Shown here piece after piece: positions 44,723 through 54,500 of a DNA stretch of 64,000 nucleotides. Source of the DNA: a virus. The position numbers were made by a program, and so were the translations under genes. The notes under the pieces were generated by a model. The model was not told the origin of the DNA, did not search any database, and worked only from the letters and a program-made list of their open reading frames with translations. Position 1 is the first letter of the stretch; each line of letters starts with the position of its first letter. The stretch lies in IMG/VR virus record IMGVR_UViG_3300036399_001571, positions 108,520 through 172,519 of that record; one strand, 5' to 3'.

Positions 44723-45448
44723 TTAGAATCGCTTCAGTCTTTGCTCTATAGCTTTGCTTATTCTTGTGCCATGGCTTAATTCTTGGTTTTCAGATATTGA
44801 TTTAACTCTTCTCAGCGAGCGGTTGCTCGTGCAGCCAATTTCTGACTTCTCGTCAATAAATCGAGATATCTTTCTTGACATGCCAAATCCTGCTGTTTCT
44901 TGAATTTTCATAGATTCAAAGGATTGTTTGTATTCTGAGCGTTGGTCGATAAATTTTCCAGATTTAGTATCGATTGAGACTTTTTTACTTTTTGCCTCTT
45001 TTATCAAAGAAATCTTTTTAATTTTATTTTTGAAAGATTTTGCTCTGTAGTCGAACTTTGAGAATTCTGATGAATTTTTATCCACTTTCTCTGATTTAGT
45101 CTCAATTTCTGAATTCTTGTTAATTATGGTTCTACCAACAAAAATAGTTTTTGAAGCAAAAGTCTTCTTAATTACCTTTTCGGCAAATTCATTCAATTCT
45201 ATTTTCTTTGACAATGTTTTATCAATAATTGATTTTGCTGCATTATCGCTAACAGACTTGAATGTAGTTGATTCAGTCCATTCTGGAGCTTTTATATCAG
45301 CTTCTGAAGAAACTGTCTTTTGGGCGTGCTCAGCCCAATCCGAACCCATTTCATGGAAACCATAAAAAGACAAAGAATCATCACTTTTCACAACTAGTGC
45401 AAATGGAGTATCTCTGACTACATCTTTAATTACGAGTATTTCAGGCAT
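44723..45448 (-). CDS. Lys/Ser-rich hypothetical protein (241 aa)
   Basis: Start refined to MPEILV after AAGGTGG RBS. Confidence 0.7.
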   Translation of the reverse strand: MPEILVIKDVVRDTPFALVVKSDDSLSFYGFHEMGSDWAEHAQKTVSSEADIKAPEWTESTTFKSVSDNAAKSIIDKTLSKKIELNEFAEKVIKKTFASKTIFVGRTIINKNSEIETKSEKVDKNSSEFSKFDYRAKSFKNKIKKISLIKEAKSKKVSIDTKSGKFIDQRSEYKQSFESMKIQETAGFGMSRKISRFIDEKSEIGCTSNRSLRRVKSISENQELSHGTRISKAIEQRLKRF

Positions 45449-47471
45449 TTGTTCCACCTTTGAGTACTTCAACAATGCTTCTCTTGCTGTTAGAAAGTGT
45501 TTCTAGTCGGTTTTTGTATAAAGTTTCTACTATCGACAAGTGTGTCTTTTCTCCGGCCGAGAGACCATCTTTTTCGAATCTTCTACGTAGCTCATTCATC
45601 TTAAAAGAGCGTGCCCTCTTGAGTAGGGCTTCAATGTGTTTTCTATACGCAACCTGCTGGTCCTGTTTCAAGTTGTTGTAGTACTCGGAGTACCTGGCAC
45701 CGTTTGAACCCTGGTAAAAACCAGCGATGGTCATTTTTGTTCTCTTGGATATTTGAATCTTGTCAAGGTCAACCAACCCAGAGGTCACGTTCTGTGCAAG
45801 CATCGGCACTGCGCCTTCAGGGGTTGTTAATGGGTAAATTGAAGAACTTGGTCTGTCTCTTTGGTCTGTCAAGAAATCAGAAATCATTATCGTAGCAACA
45901 TCTTCTGGCTTGAGGTCCGAGAACTTTACGTCAGGGCTAAATTTTGCGCCCTTTAGCGCTGTTTCGACATCTTCTCGGATATATCTTCTCTTATCAGACG
46001 GCTTGTCAGCAAAGATTACGTCAGGGGATTGTAGGCCAAGATGTTGCTGAACATCTGACGCAAATCTTTCAGCCAAGTGCTGATACTTGTCTGGAGATGA
46101 GTAAAGAAAGTATTTATCTGCGCCAATCGTTAGAAGAGACTGGTTGTTTGCAAGTTTTCTTTCCTGTATAAGCTTGCTGTTCGACAATAGTTTTGGCATG
46201 ATTTCCGCTGAAACCATAGATATCGAGCCACCAGCAGAGATGTGTTCAATTGCAGCTTCAAGTGAGGTTATTTTCTTCCCAGTTTGAGCATTTGATGACG
46301 ACTGTCTCGCAACGGCTGCACTTTCTCCTGCAGGAGCTTTTGGCCTTCTTTTTCCGGAGAAAGCCTCTGTGGCCCAACGAAATTTACCTTTTACTATCTC
46401 GTTTGGATTCTTTAGTCCTATAAAGTTTTCCGAGTATCTAATTCCATCACCCGTTTCGTCTGCAACCATCTTCAGCTTCGATGCAGGGTCGGATGTTGAC
46501 TGCGACTCAATTGCCGTATTGACAGTGCGACCAAGTTTCCTTCTCTCACCAACTGAAAGCTTTCTTGCCTTCTCTAGCGTGATTGTGGAGCCACCAGGCA
46601 AAACATAGACAAGAGACTTAACGCCAGTATTCGAAAGAAGTCCAAGCTCGTCGTTGCCTATGTCATCTGGAGAAAGAGCTGAAAGGATGTATGTTGCGCC
46701 TTCCATGTCTCTGTTATCCGGGATTGCTCTCAAAACCTTTGCAGGGACTACTGGCTCTAAAACAAAACCGTCTCTTCTAACCATTCTTGTAGCCTTGCCG
46801 TTATATCCACCAATTTCTGAAACCATTCCTTTTACTTGTTCAGCAGCAGAACGTGGATTATCAAGAGATACTTTTGGAATCTGTGGCTTGCGTGATTCAA
46901 TCAGATTTCCAGGCAGGTCGCCACCGGTAAGAGGTTTTCCTGTTACGGGCTCTGGTTTTGCTGGTCCGCGTCCTGCGCGTCGAAGAGCAGCAACGAGCAT
47001 CCTTAGTGGTGACGGAATATCAAAAAGTTTTGCTCCGCAAGTTGATAGACGAGAGTCAGTAAATCTTCCACCGTACTGGTAGCCCTCTGGACATCTGTAG
47101 CCACGATTTTGTCCTGGCTTTGAACCACCGACACCACCAGGCTTTCCAGGGGTAAGTGTTCTGTATATAGCAGAACGAACTGGAGAACGAATTGGGTCTG
47201 AGTCTCCGGGTATAGCAAGGCTTCTCAATGTTGAACCAATGCGTGATGCTTTTGTCTGTATCTCTACAGAGTCAAATGCACTCTTTCTGAGTATTCTGTC
47301 CGTGCCATTACGCTTGGATAAAGCCTTGAATGACACTACATTTTCAGAAAGCTTCATTCTTGAGCGCGCAATATTATGCAGATTCTTTGCATCAATATCT
47401 GCAATTACGATACGCGCGACAACTACGGCACGCTCAGGGCAGCATGGCAATGAGCCATCAATTTCACTCAT
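45441..47471 (-). CDS. head-region protein (676 aa) with possible degenerate HipA/PI3K-like C-terminus
   Basis: RCPEGYQYGGRFTD...C motif; AERFASDVQQHLGLQSP and DFLTDQRDR. Confidence 0.65.
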   Translation of the reverse strand: MSEIDGSLPCCPERAVVVARIVIADIDAKNLHNIARSRMKLSENVVSFKALSKRNGTDRILRKSAFDSVEIQTKASRIGSTLRSLAIPGDSDPIRSPVRSAIYRTLTPGKPGGVGGSKPGQNRGYRCPEGYQYGGRFTDSRLSTCGAKLFDIPSPLRMLVAALRRAGRGPAKPEPVTGKPLTGGDLPGNLIESRKPQIPKVSLDNPRSAAEQVKGMVSEIGGYNGKATRMVRRDGFVLEPVVPAKVLRAIPDNRDMEGATYILSALSPDDIGNDELGLLSNTGVKSLVYVLPGGSTITLEKARKLSVGERRKLGRTVNTAIESQSTSDPASKLKMVADETGDGIRYSENFIGLKNPNEIVKGKFRWATEAFSGKRRPKAPAGESAAVARQSSSNAQTGKKITSLEAAIEHISAGGSISMVSAEIMPKLLSNSKLIQERKLANNQSLLTIGADKYFLYSSPDKYQHLAERFASDVQQHLGLQSPDVIFADKPSDKRRYIREDVETALKGAKFSPDVKFSDLKPEDVATIMISDFLTDQRDRPSSSIYPLTTPEGAVPMLAQNVTSGLVDLDKIQISKRTKMTIAGFYQGSNGARYSEYYNNLKQDQQVAYRKHIEALLKRARSFKMNELRRRFEKDGLSAGEKTHLSIVETLYKNRLETLSNSKRSIVEVLKGGTNA

Positions 47472-48129
47472 AATCCCCACCGCAGCATTCTGCAGACTTG
47501 CGACCAGAAGGGATTTCAAACTTTACGGTTTCGCCTTTTTCGTCTTCACCCTCCATTTCCCAGTTATTGTCATCCCTGAGCAATTCTGCAAACTTTGGTT
47601 CCATCTCAATGAAGTCACGCAAAACGCTAAAAGCGTGAAGAATGTCTGATTCGGTTACTACGTCATTTGGCTTTTTGTCATTAGCGCCTTTGAATTCATG
47701 GAAGAAAACATCATCTTCGTAGTACGAGTCATTTAATGACTTCTTTGCAGTTCTCTTTGCGGCGCTGCGGAGATGGCTGGCAAACTCAGTGTTCGTCCAA
47801 TTTCTCTTCTTGAGCTTTCCGCGGCAATTCTTCATGCCCGGATGATGGCATCCCTCGTTTGGCCAAAGACCAGTTGTTTCATGATGTAACCATGCGCAAA
47901 TATTGTTCAATGGGTATAGCTCTGGGTGGTTTGCAAGAATCACTCGGCAACGACGGAATCCGCCTGGTTTGCGCATGATTGGTCGCCAGTAGCGTAAAAG
48001 TCTTTCTAGGTTTCCACGACGAGGGCCGTATCCACGGAGCAGGTCGCCAGTAACCAGCTCTTGAGGGATTATTCCGCCAAGAGGGTCGAGTTTCACTTCG
48101 TTATTTTCGAATTCAGAACTCATTGCCAT
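47464..48129 (-). CDS. actinophage head-region protein (221 aa)
   Basis: LLRYW...GGFRRC...CAWLHHETTGLWP motif. Confidence 0.65.
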   Translation of the reverse strand: MAMSSEFENNEVKLDPLGGIIPQELVTGDLLRGYGPRRGNLERLLRYWRPIMRKPGGFRRCRVILANHPELYPLNNICAWLHHETTGLWPNEGCHHPGMKNCRGKLKKRNWTNTEFASHLRSAAKRTAKKSLNDSYYEDDVFFHEFKGANDKKPNDVVTESDILHAFSVLRDFIEMEPKFAELLRDDNNWEMEGEDEKGETVKFEIPSGRKSAECCGGDYE

Positions 48130-48547
48130 CCTCGTGTTTATTTGCGGAATTGTCTACCTTATAATCTACCATTTTAATGAGACTCTTATTATTTATAAAG
48201 TCAATTGCTCGTGCATTCTTCTTTTCGAGCTTCACTTTTGTTTCACCAACTGTTGACAGTGTTGTTATGCCCTCAAGAACTTCTTTTTCTATTTCGACAT
48301 CTTTCTTGATGAACGTCTCATACCACTTGCCCTTTGTTGGATTCTTGGGAGCATCCCATAGAGAACGATGAAACTTGGTGTTTCTAATCTTGTTTAATCC
48401 TTGCGCTTTTGAAGCCCATGAAAAGAAGTGAATCTTTACAGAAGAGCCATCTGGCCTAACGATTGCTCCGTCCTTTTCTCCAGCCTTTGCGTCCACGTCG
48501 TAGTAAACCTTATTGCCGTCGTATGTTCCAACAAGTACAGCTTTCAT
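48113..48547 (-). CDS. hypothetical protein (144 aa)
   Basis: In-operon ORF. Confidence 0.65.
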   Translation of the reverse strand: MKAVLVGTYDGNKVYYDVDAKAGEKDGAIVRPDGSSVKIHFFSWASKAQGLNKIRNTKFHRSLWDAPKNPTKGKWYETFIKKDVEIEKEVLEGITTLSTVGETKVKLEKKNARAIDFINNKSLIKMVDYKVDNSANKHEDGNEF

Positions 48548-48549
48548 GA

Positions 48550-51500
48550 TTAGTCGACCATCAAATCTAATTGTCCGCTTTTTCTGATGCTGTCAAGTGT
48601 TTTCTTTAGTTCTGCTTCAACTTCTGCATCGATGTTTCTTTTAATTATCTCATCAACCCTGGTTGTTGGACTGGCTGTTTTGTCGTAAGAGCGAGGGTTC
48701 TCGATGTTTATTCCCTGTGGGTGAGCGAACTTAACATAACCAACTCCCATGCCTTCATACTTCTCTTTAATCTTCTTGGCGGCGCGGTACTCCTTGAGCT
48801 TGACCATGCTTGCCGTATTCAGTGGTTTGCCCCCAGATATTGAATAGAAGTAGGCAACCTCTTCTGGCGTGAATCCAAGTTTCTCAAGTTTTGATGCAAG
48901 CGACCTGTCGTTCACCACATCTGAGATATCTTCTGATTCAGCAATCTTGGCCACCTTTGAATACGGGTAGTGAATTCCCTCAACTTCATTCTTCTTGAAT
49001 CCACCAAGAATCTGAGCCTCAAATGGCTCATGGGAACGAGCCGATGAGTCAACTGACCCAACTGGTGCCATCTTTCCATTTTCATCCATTGACGCATTGA
49101 CGGAAGAAAAGTTCTTATCCATCTTTGCTCCGAGTAGATGAAGCATTGCTTCAGTGTTCTGTTTCTTTGAAGAAATTCCGTCAGCATTCATGATTGCGTC
49201 GGCAATGTCGTCAGGGTCGTTGGAGTTCATCGCTACTGGTCTGTGCGCCGACTGTAGAGCCTCTCCACGCCCATAGGCGGTGCGATTAGACACTTCAGGC
49301 TTAAGGATTACCTCTATTTCTCCGAGTGCAGTAAGACCGTCGCCAACCACGTCATTATCGCCAATCTCAAAGATTGCATCACTTCCGATGTTCCCCTTGC
49401 CAGATGCGGCTATCTGCCTCTTCTTCTCTTCGTTGTGTGAACGATGCACAACATATCCGCTTACTGGTTTTGCAGAGTTTGGGGTTGATTTGCTAATACC
49501 AATTCTGCTGTTGTACTCATCTCTAAATGCATCAGATGAGCGGCCAGCTCTTTTCCCAGAACTGAAAGCAGAATCCCCAAATGGGTCGTATTCTGTTTTT
49601 GCTGGTGTGTAATCGTTCTCATTGTAACCATCAAATGGGTCATCATATTCACTTGATGCTGGTAGTGACTCGGAGCCAAAACGACTACGCAGCTCAGCGA
49701 GGTCTGGTCCATCACTAATACCATCTTCGCCAATACCATCTTCGGTGTTTTTTTTCTTTTTTAGTTTTTTGAATTTCTTTCCAACTTTGTCTCTGGCTGA
49801 ACCGACTATCTCGCCAGCATTTTCCAAAAGTTCAGCCCCCTCACCGCGTATGATGTCACCAAATTCATCAAGCCTCTGCTTGTTCTCATCTGTAACGACT
49901 CGCTCATCAATAAAATCTGAAGCAATAGTCCAAGCGTCTGCAAGCTTGTCCACCACTGGGTCCGGAAGGCCATTTGGTGCGACTCTGTCCACGGCGGACA
50001 TTGCAACATCCATTTGGTTTTGAGTTATCTTCCCTCTTTGAACTGCTTCTTCTAGACCACGCTCGGCAACTTCTCTTCCAGCTCTTCTGGCAACGTCAAC
50101 TGCAAGCGCGGTTGCAAAACCAACAGGACCACCAGCCGCAAGAGCGCCAGCCATATTCACGCCGTACTTAACGCGTTCACGAGTGTCTTCGTCTGCTCCA
50201 GAACGCTTCAGAACTGCGTCCAACACTCTTCCTGTTGCGCGACTGCCAGCAATTCCGGCAACTCTCTGTGTTTTACTTGGCTTGTTCGTGGTTCGACGGC
50301 CAGACGAAAATCTATCGCCTACCATGACCCCTGTTGTCCCAGTAAATTTGTCTGATATGCCAACGCTCTTTTGAGCATTTTTGCTCATTCGCGCTAGTTC
50401 TTGTGGCCACAGTTCAAGTGTTGACGGTCTGCCTAACTGCTCTTCTGTTCCGGAAGCATTCATTTCAATATATGCATGTGGCATATTTGAATGCATTTGA
50501 TAATTAAATCCCTCGCCTTTTGCAATTCTTCTCACGGCCGATTCCGCTCCAGTAGATGAGCTGTATTCTCCGGGTTTAAAGAAATGTTTTGCACCAAGTT
50601 CTTTTAGTGCTGTTCTGACCATTTCATTTGAATCACCGTCTTCTGTTGTTTTTACAACCTGAAAACTACCCTTTGGCATCTTTATTCCGCCACCTGGTTT
50701 AGGTGTTAAGACGGTGTCAACTGGGAAAAGAGAATCTACGCTGTCTGGATTATTTTCCAATACATCTCTAAGTCGAACAACTATCACATTCGAACCTGGT
50801 TTTTGTTGGCGAGCAATATGACCACCAGCCATATGGTTGAGCGCAAAGTGTATAGTGTGTCTTTGGACGGTTACCTTTTCTCCTGAATCAGAGGTCAATT
50901 CATAGGCGCTAAGTGGTTTAAGTATTATGTTCCCGTCAGCGTCCAGTGGTGGGTCGTACTGAGTTTCGTGAACCAAGTACAAATCATCCACACCAATCTT
51001 GTCCAGACCCTCTTTCCGTTCTTGCAAAAGGTCGTCCTCAGAGAAAGATATTCCTTCAATAGATTTTTCTCTTTCTTCAGCAATAAGCTTCAAACCAATT
51101 TCAGAAAGCCTGTCGAACTCTTTTGCTGCGTCATCATCACCACGAACAGACGCATAAAGCAATGCGTCAACATTTGTTGACCTTCCAGGACTTCCTCCTT
51201 CACTGAGGTGCGCGGCGCGGGCAGCTACCCACTTCTCAGCAAGTTCCTGTCCTTTATCACTTGTTCTATCCAGACCGGTTATGGCGTAAGGATTTATCGG
51301 CACATTTTTTATCTCAGTGTCTGACTCCATTTCAAAATCATTAGTCGGACCACCGAATACGACAGACTCCCCTCCAATGTCGTATACATCAAATGCCTTC
51401 CTTTCTTCTCCGAATCGTCCTTCCTTTTTTGCAAATCCTTGAGTTGGAGATTTTTTAAGGTCTCCAGGTTTTAGCGTTCTCTCTATTGCCCCAGATGAAA

Positions 51501-54500
51501 GTTTTTCTGGTTTTTCAGAAATTTCTTTTCCTCTTTTTACTCCAAGCTCATCCTCGTCTTGAAAAGTTTCGGCTCGTTCAATTTTTCTGTATATATTTGC
51601 TCCAGACGACAGTTTTGGAGCTGTGCGCCTTGTTCTTGGGTTTAATCTTCTCTCAAGTCTGCGACCAATTGGGCCACTTTCAAGAACGATATCGTCTGTC
51701 TCAGTTGGCAAGAATTCGCCATCGTCAGCAAATTTTGTAAGTTGATTCTCTGTCATTCTTACGCGTGGACGCTTGTCTATCCCTGCGTGAAATTCGACCG
51801 CTGCATCTTCGATATCTTTAAGAATTGCTTCTACTGATTTTCTGGCAACAACATCAGCTACTGCCGGGTCTAATGATTCCCTCGACATGTCGTTCATTAC
51901 TTCTTTTGGACTCTCGCCAGCCATGACGCGCTTGATATCTTCAAACGTCATATTTGCCCTAGTGGCTCTTACGACTTTTCTTTCTTCGCGCGTCTGTGGG
52001 ATGCCAAGAACCTCACTTCCCGTAGTTGGGTCTAATGCTGCACCTGCTGAAGTCTTGTATGGTGCGCGCTTTTTAGTTCCAGGTACATGGTCAGGGTCGA
52101 ATTCAGGTGGCTGTGGAAGATTTGCAATTATTTCTCCACGCTTTGCAAGTTCGTCGTCAATAGACTTGAGGGTTGCCCTATCTGTTCCCTGCCAACCTTT
52201 TCTATCATTTGCATAGTCTGGGTTAAGGAGCCGTCTGTAAACATCTGCTCTTCGATTAACCAGCTCATCAACGTCCATGCGGAATACTGTTGTCAGCCGC
52301 GGTCTTCCGGTTATTGGGTCGACCGGGTCTGGTTTGATGTCGGCTTCTGCTGGTTGGACGAGTGGGACCCTCGCGATAGACGTCTCGTATGGGGACCTTT
52401 CTAAAGTTCCAGGAATGTAGGGATAGTCTCGCGGTGGTGTCTTTGGAAGATTTGCGACTATCTCACCACGATAGGCTAATGTTTTATCCACTTCGGCAAT
52501 TAGGCCATCATAGTCATATGGGTTGTCATCTCTATTTCTAAAGTCCGGGTCAAGCATTGCTTTGTACAGCCGAGCTCTATAATTAAGCAGTTCTTCTACG
52601 TTCAAAAGATATATTGAACTTAAATCAAACTCTTTGCCAGTTCTAGCTTTATACATGTCTCTGGCATCTTTAATATCAGCTTCTGCTGGTTGAACCAGTG
52701 GGGTCTTACCAATTTCGGCTATGTAGTCTTCGGACGGTGGCTCACCGAAAGAACCACCAGCGCTTATTACTTGACGTTTAACTTCTACGTTCTTATCTTC
52801 AATTTCAACTTCACGTTTTGGTCGTGATGGTGTAGAAGAAAGACCATTCTCTCTTCTTTGCGCAACGTACTTATTAGCAACTCTGTCAATTTTCTTTTTT
52901 GTCCCCTTTGCGTGCTGTCCAGCACCAGGACCCTCTTCGCCAATCGAGGAAGAGACTCTGTCCAAGACGTCGACGACATTGTCCTGTTCTTGGACACGCA
53001 GAACGATTGTCCCATCAGGCCTTACGTCGACAACTTTCATTTTTCCTGGAGGAAGAACAAGGGCTCCTTCTTCTCCAAGTTCAGTCTCGTTTGTCCTGAA
53101 CAGTCCTTTATCACCTTTTGAAACCTGGACTATTACGCGAGTCTTTTCCTTGCCAGCACGAGTAATTACATCTCCATCAGCATCACGTGCCTCACCTGGT
53201 TTGTGTGGTGATTCATCTGTAATGATTCGTCCGCTTACAAAACTCTGATTATCAAAGTATTCGCTTACATCCTTGAATCCGCTATCTGTTACACCAAAAT
53301 AAATCTCTGCTTCAATTTCTAGGTCATCAGGGATTGAAGACTCGTCCATTGCCTCCATTGCTGGAATAAGAACTTTCTCGATTTGGTCTTCGAGTGATGC
53401 TGTTTCGCTTTCTGGAGATAGGTCGCCAGCGCTTCTTTGTGCTCTTCTGTAACGTCGATTTATATTCTTTACCGCAGAAACATTCCCGTCAGGGTCAACA
53501 AGGTTTCCGATGTCAGTGAGTTCTGGGTCGCCTAGTCGCTCTACTGCAATAGCCTGTTCTTCAGTCATTGCTAAAGATTCGTCTCTTTGAATCTTCTTCG
53601 CGTAACTAGCGCCAGCTTTATCTGTCTTGACTTTCTTGGTTTTCTTTAGCGCCTGTTGCCTTGGTGGGTTTACGATTTCATCTATTCTTGTATCAAGTTC
53701 ACGTCTTTGCTTTGCCCAAACTTTTGCGTCATCAGAGCCTTCAAGTTTTGACTTAAATATTGCTCTCAACATCTTCTTGTCTTCAAGCAGGACTGATTTA
53801 TCGTCGGCGGAGAGTCCTGGCTCCTTCAGGGATATTTCGATATCAGCAAGCTTCTGTACAAACTCATCTTCCGTCATATCTTCGGCTTGCTGTTGCAGAT
53901 TCTTTATCTCTTGCTGGCGAGAACGCGCAGCCATTTCTTTTGGTCTAAGGTTCCCTTCTGAGAACATCTTTTCGCGAACTGATTCGCGCATCTTTTTAAC
54001 GTCGCTGCGCCGTCTGTCTTTGTCTTCGCTGCTAAATCTTTCAGCCCATTTCTTTTCTATCAAAGCAATCTTTGCGTTGTTTTCTTTGATTTTTCTATTT
54101 AAATTCTTGAACGCAGGAGAATCCTTGCTTTCGCCAGTTGCCTCGAGATTGTCAAATGCATCGTTGTAGGCTTCCCTGTTATATTCGAGACCGGCAAGGG
54201 CGTCGATAAAATCGCCATTTGTTGTAGAAGAATCCTGTGACCATTCTTCAATTAGCGACAGCTCTTTCTTGTGTGCTACTTCAAGTCGCTCTCGCACTTC
54301 TGCAATACTGTTTCCAGATAGTTCTGGGTCTGGACCAAGGTTCTCGTAGTAACGAGCCTCAATTTCTCGAAGACCATCTGCATCAGACCTTCTTCTAATG
54401 TCAATGTACCTGCCGTCAGATACGTCATCCATCCACTCAAGCGCAGCGTCAATGTCGTCACCGTAGATGAGACCAAGGTCCCTGAGAGCCCAAAGTTCTG